Assembly (NCBI RefSeq): GCF_009914755.1
Contig: NC_060930.1
Reading direction: 5' to 3' (one strand)
Length of the DNA: 64,000 bases
DNA from: the human T2T-CHM13v2.0 reference genome, Homo sapiens
Each line of letters starts with the position of its first letter. Position 1 is the stretch's first letter. The position numbers were made by a program, and so were the translations under genes. The notes below the pieces were generated by a model. It was not told the DNA's origin. It made no database searches and worked only from the letters and a program-made list of their open reading frames with translations. Positions 46,019-60,652 of the stretch are shown in pieces.

Positions 46019-47165
46019 TCAATCCAAGTATATTTATTAATAAAGAAATGTACCTCAGAAAAAATATTAGTCAGATGCTAACAAAAACATATGTGTAACA
46101 ATATTAATATGCTATAAAGTAGAATTCAAGATGAACAGAATTGGAAGGGAGAAAAAGTAGAAATTCTATGCTGGCCAAAGTAACAATCTATCAGATGACA
46201 GTTATGAACCTATATTCACTTAACAAACCTTCAAAATATGTTAGGAAAATGATAGAATCATAAGGAGAAATTAACAAATTCTCAATCAGTTGGAGATTTT
46301 TAACATTCTTCTCTCTGAAACTGACAGATCATATAGATTTTTTTAAATGTAGACGGAAGATATGGATAGTACACATTCTCAGCACACATGAAACAATTAC
46401 AAAAATGATAGTTAAGTAGGTTGTTCTGATCAAGTACATAATTGGACATAAAGGACTCATTAAAATCAGAAATCTGTAACAAAATTGATAATCTAGCCTC
46501 CTCCTATCATATACTTGCAATTGTAAAAAATACTCTTAAAAGTCTATGAGATAAAAGGAAAACAAATATAGAAATTACAAAATATTTAAAACTGAATACC
46601 AGAAAAAAGCAGCGTTCTTAATATGGACTTGAAGAAGTATAGTTATAGCCTTTTTGCAATTTGCGTTCCTTGGGAAGTAGACTCTGAGACAGAGATTAGT
46701 GTGAAGAGCCCTTGGACCCAATAACTGCAGAAGGGAGGTAAAGAAGGCAGGAAGGAGAAGTTGGTCTTCAATGCAAGCCCAACGACAGCCTCAGTGGACT
46801 CCACAGGGAACACAGGAGCTAAAATGTTTTTCAGAGTTGGCCAGTGTGATTAGGACTTATATTCTTGCAAAGATTAGTCACTGGATGTGGGCCACCCCGG
46901 TAAGGTGTGGGACTTCGGGTGAAGCACTCACAGTAGCTGAGTCAATCCCTGAAAAGGCTGGCAGGTGAAGTCGGTCTGCCCACAGTTCTCTCAGCAGCTA
47001 GGAATGAAGAATTCTTCATTAAAGAGGGATCTGAGTGGCACATCAGTGTCCTCTCCAAACCTTGGTGCATTTATTTAAAAATAGGAGACATCCAAAATAA
47101 GAGCTATGCTTTCAACCGTAATAAAATAATTGGAAGTAAATAAGCATAAAAGCAGACATTCATGA

Positions 47166-47643
<478 letters not shown>

Positions 47644-48094
47644 TATACTATTTTTTAAAAATACAAATTATTTAGATAAACTTTGACCAAATTATTCAAG
47701 AATTTCAAAAAAAGAAATACAATATAAAAAATGAAAAAAGGTGTTATCTAGAGATGAAAATAATGATTACCAGAAATACTATAGAAACTCTATGCCAATA
47801 AACTTCAAAATCTTGGTAACAAGTTTATAGAAAAATGTAATTATCAAAAGTGGGCCTATTTTGTTGACAAAATAAGCACACATTTTGTCAGAAAGGCAAT
47901 GGGCCTAGATTTTTTTCCTACTAGTACTATCAACTCTTTACTTAATAGCTGATTCCTATATTACATAAACCTGTTCTAAAGTCCAGAAGAAGATGGAAAG
48001 CCACACACCTCATTTTATAAGACTAGCATAATGAGAACCATATCTCAATATAGATACAAAAATTATAAATAAAATACAGCCAAGTTCAATAATC

Positions 48095-49860
48095 AGTTTC
48101 CAGTCCTCATTTTCCTCAACGCATCAGCATCTCAGTCACTTCCTATTTCTTCCTTGAAACATTTTCTTCACTTGACTTTGTTCCACATTCTCCAGGTTTT
48201 CCTCCCACTTGCTGGCTGCCCCTTCTGAACCTTCCTTGCTAGTTTTTCCCAATCTCCCCAGCTTCTTAAAATTACAGGACTGACCCAGGTTCAGTCCTTC
48301 CACCTTGCTGTCTCTATTAGCTTCCATGGTGATCTCACAGGATCTCACACATACATGTATTCCTATATGATGATGTATTATATAGGGTAGTATATATGTA
48401 TTCCTATATGATAATGTATTAGAGTCCTCCAGAGAAGCAGAACCAATAGGTTGTATATATAGAGAAAAAAAGATTTATTATAAGGAGTTGGCTCATACGA
48501 TTATGGAGGCTGACAAGTCCCAAGATCTGCATTTGGCAAGCTGGAGACCCAGGGGAGCCAATAGTGTTGGGTTTTTTATTTTAACTTTTACTTTAGGTTT
48601 AGGGGCACATGTGCAGGTTTATTACGTGGGTAAATTGTGTGTCACTGATGTTTGCTGTATGAATGACCACATCACCATGTAGTGAGGATAGTACCCAACA
48701 GGTAGTTTTTCAACAATGGTGTAGTTTTACTGTCAGCCTGAAAGCCTGAGACCCAGGAGAGCCGATGATGTAGTTTCTGTTGGAAAGCTGGCAGGCGTGA
48801 GACCCAGAAAGGGCTGATGTTTCAGTTCAAGCCTGAAGATGGCATGTCCTAGCATGAAGACAGTCAGTAGAGGGAATCCCCTCTTTTTCAGTCTTTTGAT
48901 TCTATTCAGGCTTTCAGTTGACTAGATGAGTCCCATCTACATTAAGGAGGACAATCTGCTTTATTCAGTCTACTGATTAACATGTTAATTTCATCCAGAA
49001 ACACCTTCACAGACATACTAGAGTAATGTTTTACCAAATATCTAAACACCTGTGGCAAGTCAAATTGGCACATGAAATTAACCACCAGAGATGATGACTG
49101 ACAAATTTATATTTCCGAATTGGACTTCCCCTAAAATTGTGAAATCATATATCCAACAGCCTGCTTATCATCTCTAGTTGGATGTTTAAGAGGCATCACA
49201 AATCCAATGTGTCCTAAATCAAACTTCCAGTTTTCTCCCACAAAACTGCTTATTGCACAGTTTTTTCAATTTCAATTAATGGCAACTGTCCAGTTAATGC
49301 AGGCCGCAATTATCTGTGTCATCCTTGACTCTATTTTCTTGCATCCAGACTGCTGGCAGGTCCCCATAGCTGGACCTTCAAAACATATCCAGACTCCAGC
49401 CACTTCTAGTACTACCACCCTGGTCTAAACTACCATTATGTTTTGCCTGGAGTTTTGCAGTATCCTCCTAGTCTGTTTTCCTTCTTCAATCCTTGATGCT
49501 TTGGAGTCTGTTTCAATACTGCAGCCCCAGTGAACCCACTGAAAACACAAATTGGATTGTCATTTCTGCTCAAACCCTATGACGGTTTCTACTCTTATGC
49601 AGAATAACAGCCAGAGTCTTTAAGGGTACATGATTCTACATCATCTGTCATCCCTCCTACAACTCTCAACCTCCGTCCATTCCAGTCACACTGCCCTTCT
49701 TGCTATTCCCTCAGACAGGCACCTGAGAATCTTTGCACAGCTGTTTCCTCTGCCTGGATTACTCCTCTAGATAGCTACATGACTTCCTTCCTTGCCCTCT
49801 GCAGGTCTTTGCTCAAATACTGTATTACCTTCTCAGAAAGGAGGACTCTAATTTTACCTG
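48095..49860 (+). mobile_element. L2 remnant interrupted by an MLT2 LTR (~48415-49090), which contains a short L1PA 3' fragment (-, ~48575-48712)
   Basis: L2 motifs cttccttgaaacattttcttcacttg, atatccaacagcctgc and ctgtttcctctgcctgga. MLT2 motif ggagttggctcatacgattatggaggctgacaagtccc. L1 tail ggcacatgtgcaggttt. Confidence 0.7.
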
Positions 49861-49866
49861 TGATAA

Positions 49867-50173
<307 letters not shown>

Positions 50174-50199
50174 TGATCACCTAATTTTTAAAGAAGACT

Positions 50200-50573
50200 T
50201 GTATTAGTTCATTTTCATACTGCTATAAAGAAATACCTGAGACTGGGTAATTTATAAAGGAAAGAGTTTTAATTGACTTACAGTTCCACATGGCTGGGGA
50301 GGCCTCAGGAAACTTACAATCATGGCATAAGGCGAAGAGGAGGCAAGCACTTTCTTCACAAGGTGGTAGGAGCGAGAAGAGAGCAGGGGAAACTGCCACT
50401 TATAAAACCATCAGATATCATGAGAACTCACTGACTGTCATGAGAACATCATGGGGGAAACCGTCTCCACAATCCAATCACCTCCCACCAGGTCTCTCCC
50501 TTGACATGTGGGGATTATGAGGATTACAATTTGAGATGAGATTTAAGTGGGGACAGAGATCCAAACCATATCA
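50200..50573 (-). mobile_element. THE1D/MST solo LTR
   Basis: tgtattag...gagactgggtaatttataaagg...ccaaaccatatca. Confidence 0.9.
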
Positions 50574-53109
50574 ACTATATTCATATATTACTAAATACAT
50601 ATAATTTAGAAATTGTAAAGACAAAAAAGCCACAATTTAGGTTTTTTAAAACATTTGAAGGCATAGGACTGGTTAGCAAAAGATCTTTCCCCTCTGGGGT
50701 TTTGGATCATATTTTTTCAGCATTGACAATCTATAAACTATAAGCTGACAATCTATAAACTGAATTTATAGATACACTTGTAAATATAAAACTGATCAGT
50801 GTAACTTCTTTCAATTTCACAAGTAAAACTGATTTTCTTTAAAACTAAATATATATTTTTTGTTTTTATCCTTACAGAAGCTGCTGTGGGGGTGGGAAAC
50901 ACAAGGGTCACTGTCTCTGTTTTCTTTCTACACATGACAGTATGGCATTACTGATGCTGAGATTCATTTAAAATCCAGGGCAACAAGGATTGTACCCATT
51001 CCTTAACGTAGAATTTCTTGAATTCTTAGTGGATGCATACTGCTGAAATGGAGATTTAATTGTAAGTCCCAAAGACTTGTCACCCAGCAGGCTTTTCACT
51101 GTTTTCTCAGATCCAGCTGGCCTAGTTCTACATGGATAGTATCACCTGAAGCCACTAGAGAACTAGGGGCCAGGAAAATCCTTGGCTAACTAATTGGGAA
51201 CCTAATGTGGTAACTGTGGTCTCTCTTCTCTTCAACTTGTAACTCTCTGGAGATATTAGAATCTGGTTCAGAAGAGAGTCCTGAAAAGCTGCAATAGGCT
51301 CTTCTTGTCTTGTCCTAAAGCAATTGTGACTTTTGAAAAATGTGTGAAAAAATATAGTCCAAGGAGCTGTAGAAATTGACAAAAAATCATCCAGAGATGA
51401 AAATGTGCTTAATTTGTCACCTAAATCATATTATACTGTTGTCTGTGAGTAGAAGTTGGCATTGTCCACTTTGTGTCTGATGATTAATCATTTAGGTAGT
51501 ATCTGTTAGGAAGAGGACTCAAGAAATAGCTTCTAATTTTAGTCAGAAAAAGTAGCACTATTAATAGCGGCCTTGACATTCTGCAAAGCCAAATTAAGCA
51601 GTCAACCTGGCATTTTATAAACGGGCTGTTACAGAGCCTCACATCTGGTAGATATTCGATAAGCATTAATTGCCTGGCTGACTATGAGCAGCCACATAGC
51701 TGCTGTAATAGAGTCTGCACATGGTGGTGGGATAAGGCTGATTCTGATGTACTGTGGGACAGGACCTTGTGAACATGAAGAAGTATGTGGGTTTTTGTTG
51801 TTGCTTTTTTTTTTTTTCAAATTAAATGACTTCATAATTTCCTTTTGAAACTGAGCACATTTCATTAAAAATGGATTTCCTTTTGTCAATTCAAGGTAAG
51901 TTACCAGGTAACAGTGATATTGGTCAAATGTTACCTCTTTTTTAAATAGAAAGCTGAGAGCCTTCTAAAGAGCCATCATCATATTCTTCTTTAAAATTAT
52001 TTGAATCAATGCCAGAGAAATTGTTAACATTTCAGTCATTCATTTAATTTTCATTATCGCGTTTATAATTAGTTCATTGTCTTCATTATAGTGAATGGAT
52101 GGATAATGGTGAAGTCTGGTCTACATTTTATTCTTTTATTTAAACTGATTCACATCTAGTAAATGTAAGTATTATGAAGCTAGAAAAATAGTTTTAAAGT
52201 AATAATAATAGCTAACATTTTTTATCATTTACACTGTGACAGTCATTGTGCTAAGCCCCTTTATATGTATTTGTTTCAAATATATATTGAAATATCACTT
52301 TATTTTTCTGCCATATCTTTTCTATGCTTTTAAGATTATAACTTTTATGCTGTTTTATTTAAAGTAAAATTTGCATTCATGCTTATTTGATCTCAGGTAT
52401 ACGGTCAACCTCAGCTTCATCCAAAAGAAGACCACATGTTTAAAGGATAATAAAGCTGATGGAATTTTTAAACTCTTAAAAATTAGTGTTGAGCGAAGGC
52501 AGATGTTTTACAAAAGAGGAGAAGACATCTGATCCTGTGAGCCTGATGAATTGGTATAAAGAATTATTGGAATCTGTAGAAATGCCATGATTCTGTTTAT
52601 CGTCTTTGTAAAAATCTGATTTGGAACGAATTGTCCATAGAGTGGGATGATCCAGCTGCTTGTTGAATCGGTTGCTTTTCATTAGCCCATCTGATGTTGA
52701 CTGCATTCTGGGCTTGCATGCCTGAACTCCTGAAAGATTGAATTATCAGTATGCTTCTCACTCAGAGAGCTGTGACTCTAATGAGAGATTTTCATATCAA
52801 ATCATTCATATCACTTTATAATCACAATACAAGTATTAGATGCTTTCTGATCCTGCTACAATTATGGGAATTAGCTAACTTCATGTGAAATTCCAGTAAT
52901 AGATATGAATGCATTTCTCAGGTAGGCAATGAATATTCATCCTTCTGAGGTCAACTGTGGTTTGAAGAAGTGGAGGAGAGGAGGTCTGTAAGTCTAAACA
53001 CAGCCTGATTCTGTTTGTCTTTCTTTGAATTGAAGGGCCTACCAGTTTCCCAGTTTATCTGGCAGTCTTTCCAACTTGAGAGGGAGGCACCTGAGTAGGC
53101 ACAGAAGAA

Positions 53110-53335
53110 TGGTGGTGAAGGCATGGGTTCAAGTCCCGACTCTCCCTCTTACCAGCTTTATCGCCTTGAACCGTTTGCTTAATTTCACTGGGTCTCATTT
53201 TCTCATGTTTAAAATGAGGTAATAGTAGTACCTGACTTCACAGAGTTGTGAAAATAAAACTTTAATTCAAGTAGGACTCTGACACAGGGCCTGCCACATG
53301 GTAAAAGCTGGGTAAACATGAGTTGCTATTGTCAT
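53110..53335 (+). mobile_element. MIR
   Basis: gggttcaagtcccgactct...ctcattttctcatgtttaaaatgagg...acagggcctgccacatggtaa. Confidence 0.75.
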
Positions 53336-53677
53336 TGTTCTCATTATCACACCAGAGCTATAGGGAGGCCCTAGAAGAAAAAACTATTTATCTTTCTTTT
53401 AATGATGGAGCAAAGCTCATTTCACCCAAGAGAAAATGAAGATCAAGATGGGTAATATGTAAAATATAATTATATAAATTTTGAGAAATAAATACATTAT
53501 ATATATATAAATGTTCATAGGATTAAAAGAAGTCCATCTAATTATTTTTTAAAAGGTGTTTGAAAGCTTGTGGATGATTCCTAAACCCTTTTGTTTCCCC
53601 ATTTTTATAAGATGTAGAGACTTTGTGTTAGCCTGCATGGACAAAGCATCAAATGTGTTTGCAGAAAAAGTGAGCTT

Positions 53678-53787
53678 GATGGGAGGATTGCTTGAGCCCA
53701 GGAGTTCGAGGTTGCAGTGAGCTATGATCATGTCACTGTACCCTAGCCTGGGTGACAAAGTAAGACCCTGTCTCAAAAAAAAAAAAA
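53678..53787 (+). mobile_element. Truncated AluJ/FRAM/FLAM 3' fragment
   Basis: gggaggattgcttgagcccaggagttcgaggttgcagtgagctatgatc...gtctc followed by polyA. Confidence 0.85.
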
Positions 53788-54284
53788 TTAACTCGAACAT
53801 TTGGGAAGACTTGAACTCTTCATATTCATTGAGCTGACCTGTTCTTAGATTAGGAAGGTGCCAGGGAAATGGTTGCTTAGCAACTAATGGGGTTAAATGA
53901 AACAGTCTGTTAGCTGGGCTCTTGCCCTGTCTGTGTGCATGCCTAATAAAGGAGATGGTCTCCAGTGGGTATTGCTTGACTCACAGCTGTCAAACAAAAG
54001 TGATGAATAAAATGCAAGATCGAAGGGAGGGTCCACACCTGGACTGGGCATCTATATTTATGGTCATATACCTTCCTTTATGTTAGATGTTGAAGAAAAA
54101 GTTATTAAGAGAGGACATTAAAAATAAGAGAGGGACTGTTGAAATTGAGGGTTAAAATTTTAAGAGCGATCATTAGTTTACATTGAGTTTTAAGAGACTA
54201 AGATAATAAGTGATAACTGAGGAAATTCCACACTATTATCTTCAACATTCTTCTAAAAAATTCTCTATAGAAAAGGGATAACAG

Positions 54285-54605
<321 letters not shown>

Positions 54606-55522
54606 TTATGGATGACATTGTGAATTCTAGGACAGAAATTGTGTGTTTTAGTACTTGTCTGCTCCTGGTCCCTATTTATACCCATGACAGACATTATGAC
54701 TAGATCCTGACCACTCTCACTTGAGCTGGATGTGGCTTACAGCCCTCAACGGGGCTGCAGGAAGCCATTACCAATATCAGATTGGGCAGGTAAGAAACTT
54801 CCATGTCATTCTTTATGACAAATTGAAACTTGTTAAAAACTTCTACTTTTTGAATTCCATAGGAATATTCTGAATGATTTGTGTCAAAAGCAGCTTTGAG
54901 GTAGCCACATGAAATTCGTCTTAAGGAAAATTGATAAGAAGGAAATGGACCAGAGAAAATCAACCAAAATAATTGGGGGAAAAGGGAGACAGTGTGAAAG
55001 ATTTTCCTGAAAGTTCTTACCACTGCCACCATTCACAAGCTTAGGATGATTTACTCTTTCAAAGACCATGTCCTTGAATCCACTTTCTTTCTTTTGAAAT
55101 ACCTTTTATTTTCTGTATAGTAAACACTCCCACCCCTCCAAATCTAGGGATCAGTCCTCCCATGCTGGGATTTGGACTCAGGCCTTCTGCCCAGCCTACA
55201 AAACTTCGAGCATTGGCTTCAAGCACTAACATTTTATGACTCCGAGAATTCAGATTAGATACTATTTCCAGTAGGAGACTCTAGAGCTGTTACTGTATAT
55301 ATTTGAAAGGCTATTAAGCAGAAAAGAGAGTGAACTCATTGACCTTCTCCTATGACCAAGGGGAGAAAGCTATCAAGAGGGTGATTGGAAGTCAATATTT
55401 TGAAGGTTTTACTAATATTTCTCCAGCAAGGGACAGCCTGTCATGAAAAATATTAGGTGTCTCATCACTTCAAGTATTCAAGTATGCAAGGAGTGCTGCA
55501 AGGCGGGGAGGACTGACTACCC

Positions 55523-55690
55523 CAGCTGTGCTTCTCAAACATTTATGTGCATGTGGTTCACCTGGGGCTTTCGTTAAAACTCAGCTTTCCCATCTAGTAA
55601 GTGTCGGGTAGGAGCCGAGATTCTATATTTCTTACAAGTTCCTTGGCAATACCAATGCTGCTATTCCAGGGACCACACCTTAAGTAGGGA
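55523..55690. mobile_element. MER5-type hAT DNA transposon
   Basis: gtgcttctcaaac...tcacctgggg...ttacaagttcctt...gggaccacaccttaagtag. Confidence 0.7.
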
Positions 55691-58600
55691 AGGGCCAGTG
55701 ATCTCTAAAGTGTTAACATTCCAAAATTCTATTTGCAGAAGAGAGGCTAGAGTTTAGTCTTGCTTCTTACACACACCCAGCACAGCTTTGAAAACCACAC
55801 AGGAGTCTCTTCTGGTCTTAGAGAATTCTCCCTGAATTCCTATCATATTTTCCTCAGTAAAGAATCCCCCTCTCTGTCTCCTCAGTTGCTTCACTTCTTT
55901 CTGCAGGCTTTCAACCTTTTCTGATATCACTGTTCTCTAAATAAATTTCCTTTTTTCATATTTTCTCTGATCCATGCAGACTCTAATCACAACTGCTCAG
56001 TCATTCCTTCGTGCAAGCCCCAAATTCTGTCTTAGGACAGCTGTCAAAATTCAGGAAATCTAGGTTATGTCTCAGTTGGGGTGTCCTTAGAAGTTTGTGA
56101 AGAGCAGGATTGTGCCATTGGCTGCCATATGCGAGAGATCAAACAGCCTCTTCAATTAATTCGATTCATTCAATAATGGTTTAGCAAATGTATTCAATAA
56201 GAAAGCGTAAAAGTGCCATCCCTAAACATCTGAAAGAGGCAAATTTGTGATAGATAAAACAATGGACTTCTTTGTATGGTGGGTAGGAATGTATTGTGAT
56301 CCCACGTTCAGGGGATACAATTAGAAAGTAACAGAACTACCAGAGGAATAAGGAGAACCATAGGGATCTGAGAGGGCAACCCAAGGCTGAAGTCAAATGT
56401 GTGGATGCCACTTTCCAGAAGACAGAAAGACTGGCAAGGACAAATTTTGTGAGTTACCCAACTGCATGGTGAGCAGCAGTTTCTGGCCTTCACAATTACC
56501 ATAACTTTGGCTAAGAAACAACTTGATTTGTGTCCTTTTTTTATTCCACCCTTTCCTCTCCCAGAAGACCCAGGTCGTTGAAACATGGCCACATTCAAGA
56601 GGAGGAGAATTCTAAACAGACAGGATAAACCATAATGATGCTTGTTTTGAAGAGCTCATTATCACTGTATAGTTAATTTAGGAAGCAACTGTGCCAAGAG
56701 CAAAGCTGTGAAATGCAGCTAGATCCTTTAAATAAACAAGCTACATATTTGAAGATTTTAGAAAAAAAACAATATGTAACATAATTTTTAGCATATAAGA
56801 TGGATCTTTATGTGGTTAAGGTGAGGGAAAATTGGTATTTTACAGATATTAATTTGTGTTGCCTAATTATATTTACAGTAATATAATTTTACTGTTTTAG
56901 TTTGTCTTGTGATATTTTATTCTCTGACAGTATTATTATACTATGGGAGGAAAAATTAAAACAATTGTAAAGAGGAAAGAAAACCACCAACCAAACATCC
57001 TCACTCTTTCATACCATTTAGCTCTCCAGGTGGATTGGGTTATTTTTTTCATTTGCAAGATAAAGGAGGTAAATAGTCCAATTTAACTGTGATTGGGACC
57101 CTCCTCTCCCTAATGGAAGGGAATGGACTATTGCAGTTAATTGAATGGTCTCATTAACTGAGATTTACTACCCATTCTATATGTGAGGTGTAACCAAAAT
57201 GTAATAAAGGCTAATAACCATTAACACTAAATTGAGCAAAATGTAATCTTTGTTGATTCAGAAGTTAGTTCAAATCTCTGTAATGCCTCATGGCCATTGT
57301 AAACATCATTAATTATGTAACAGTGGGCATATAGAAGATGTAAGATGTAATGGATCTACTGTAATCATTGCGAGTTGCTCTTTTCAATGACTTCCTTAAA
57401 CATGTCTTTTTACTTTCATTTAACTCTGTTTAATGCTTATAAAATGTAAGGGTTGAATGTACCTCCAAACAATTCAGTTATTTCACCTGTAAGATTATTT
57501 GTATTCTTGATAAAATGGGAGTCGCAGTGGTTTTGCCTGTGTTCAGAGTAACTCCAAAGCTGCACATAGTTTGCCAGGTAAAAAGATCATATTTTACCAG
57601 ATGCTTTAAAAAGTCTATCATCTGCCATTTTACTTATCTATGAAGATGTAGTAGAATTTTTGTCAGTTTTGTGTCGTAAGGTACCACCCTAAAATGTAGC
57701 TGTAACTAATCTTGTGTCTGCATGACAAGTAACATGACTCAAGAAAACGTCACATACTGTGATTTTAGGACTCAATTTGCATCACTTCTGTGTGAAATAA
57801 AGAGGGAATAACACACCATAAATCCACACCTCCCTCTGTGGTAGGCACTTAAAGTGGATTATATACTCACAAACTAGGTTTTCAATTAGAAAGGTTTGTT
57901 GTTGGTGGCAGCACATTATCAGCCACAAATGAGCTGTGATGACTGTAAATCTCAGCCTGGCCGAGGCTCTCCCAAAGACAAAATCTTGTGAACCAAGCAT
58001 GAGTCTGTGCAATGCTTTCATATTTCTAAGCAGAACTTTATCCCATGCTTTGGCAGAATGTTGTGACTTGATAGAGAACATTGACATATGTTCTTTTTTT
58101 TCTAAATGTCTAGCTTTGAACTCACTTGTGTTTCTCAAATGTTTAGCTTACAGTAGATGCTCTTTCTCTTTAGTTACGATTTTACATTTTGGTATCTAAA
58201 ACACCTTACATGCAGAACATTTCTGTTACATAGAATGAATTCTTTTTGTTTATGACACTGTAGGGTGGTAGGACATCATCTGCAGATGAGTTTTGAAGAT
58301 GATATTGGTTGATTCATTCATTTTCTGTATTTATTGCATGTATGCACTCCTAGAATCTGGGAGCACCACAGTGAGAAAAGGAGATATGGCACCTGCCTTC
58401 ATGGAGCCTGCACTCTACCTTTTCAAGATGTTATATGCTTAAAAATATTACTGCTGGTCTCATCACCTCTTTTGCTGCCAAGGAGACTTTGACCTTCCTC
58501 CTGGTTTCTAGCAGGTCTCTGGACATTGTTTCACTAGTTTGGATAGACTAGGCAACTGGTGTTTCACTGTACCAAATGGCCAAGTTCTTCCTTATCACCA

Positions 58601-58745
58601 AGTGGTATCCAATGAGGCTCTTCCTAATTGAGATATCTTTTAAATGTATTATACCCAAGACATTGACCTTGATATAATAGTTCCCCTTTTTTAATCTTTA
58701 GATTAGTTCTAGTTTTTAAAAATTATAAGCATTAAGTTTTTAACA

Positions 58746-59040
58746 TTTTTTTTTTTTGAGATAGAGTCTCACTCTTTTGCCCAAGCTGGAGTGCAGTGGT
58801 GTGATCATGGCTCACTGCAGCCTCAAACTCATGGGGTCAAGTGATCCTCCTGCCTCACCGTCTTGAGTAGCTGGGACTGCAGGTGCAGACCACCATGCTC
58901 AGCTAATTTTTTTTTATTGTTTGTAGAGATAGGGTCTTCCTATGTTGCCCAGCCTGGTCTCAAACTCCTGGCCTCAAGTGAACTTCTAGCCTCAGCCTCC
59001 CAAAGTGGTGGGATTATAGTCATGACCCACGGTGCCTGGC
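58746..59040 (-). mobile_element. AluJ
   Basis: gatcatggctcactgcagcctcaaactc...gtagagatagggtct...gcctggc. Confidence 0.92.
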
Positions 59041-59339
59041 AATGTTAACTTTCTAAAACAGTATGATGTGATGTCAAAGTGGAAGTTCTGTATTTATAGA
59101 AGTGGTGGTGATGATTTTTATAATGGGGTCATTCCATAAAGTAGAAGTCTAGGAGTATGTTGCAAAAGTAAAGTCCTGAAGCCAGAGATAGGGATTTAGA
59201 GTGAGACTGTCATTTGGAAACTATTTGAAATGAATGGATTTAGTCAGCAGTTGAGTGGAGGGTGCTGTTTCTCAGCTCTCGTTTCAATTGGAGTCAAAGG
59301 GAGACATGGGACAGTAAGACCATCAACCTGGATTATAGC

Positions 59340-59560
59340 GACAGTTTCTATATAACATTTACTATGTGCCACATATTATGCCTAACATTAAGCATAATTG
59401 TATTTAAACCTATAACAACCCTGTGAAGTTGGTATTATTCCCATTTTACAGATAAAGAGCCTGAGGCTCAGAGAAGGTAACAAATTAGCCAAAGTTTCAA
59501 GATAAATTGCCCACATGACTAGTAGTTTATAGAACCAGATGTATCTTCCTGCATAGTTCT
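59340..59560 (-). mobile_element. MIR
   Basis: acaaccctgtgaag...cccattttacagataaagagcctgaggctcagagaaggt. Confidence 0.8.
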
Positions 59561-60534
59561 GAACATTAAAAATAAAGTTTTTAAAAGGGAGTTGTTTGAA
59601 ATACATAAGTAATACATGTTCATTGCAGTGATCCAAAAGATACTTACGTAAACAGGATAAAATTAAGTCTCTTTTTTCCCTCTACAATCGTACTCTATAA
59701 TATAGCAATTATAGATGCATTTAATTGTATTGATATAAAATGATTACCAATATGGTGTTCCTTTATTGCTCATACAAACGTGCAAATATAGATATACATT
59801 ATTTAAGGAATTGTGTTTTCCTCCCAACTCTACTAACTCTCTGATGAGGATCCCTATTCTATGCCAGTGTTATCCTGATTACTTTTGAAAGACCCTAGAA
59901 ATGTCGATTTTTAAAACTCCTTTGGCAGCCTATTTTGTTTTTTTAACCTTTGTTCTCAGGAAGTTTTTCCATTTCATTAACCCAGATCATTCTTCTGCAG
60001 TTTAAGCTATTTTGAGTCCTGCTGTATATACGGGATTGGTGGCAAGCAGGCCGTCAGCACATCAGGGGCAATTACAACTTGGAAGATCTGAAAAAAGAAC
60101 TTGGTTGGTGTGGGGAATGTTAAAAACTTAACCACTCATGTAATAAAAAGCAGACACTGAAAACAACTGAAATTTCTTTCAGGTTCTTTCAAGGAGTTCA
60201 GAAGCAAATTCAACATTTTATAAACTAAAGGTTTTTATTTAACTGTGATCTGTTTTTTAATTTTGGAATTTCGGGTAATCTTCTGCAAATGCATAAACAA
60301 AATCTACTTAACTCTAAAGGCAATTTCCTGTTAGCTTTTTTTTTTTTTTATCTATAGCCACACTTGATTTAAAAAAACAACAACAGAAACTGGTGCTTCT
60401 CCTAACATATCAATCCTTTTAGCCAGGGAATACATAAAAGAAACTTCACTACATTTTATTGTTACCACAAAATATAAATTTTACTAAGAGCTTGCCATAT
60501 GTCAGGCACTGTTCACTTTGTATGTATACTTAAT

Positions 60535-60652
60535 AGACCGCAGTATAGTGTCAACATAACTTTTATATGTACTGGGAAACCAAAACATATGTCTGACTCA
60601 CTGTATTATGATATTTGCTTTATTAAGTTGGTCTGAAACTAAACCCACCATA
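60535..60652 (+). mobile_element. Tigger1-like 3' fragment
   Basis: cagtatagtgtcaacataacttttatatgtactgggaaaccaaaa...gactcactgtattatgatatttgctttatt. Confidence 0.7.
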
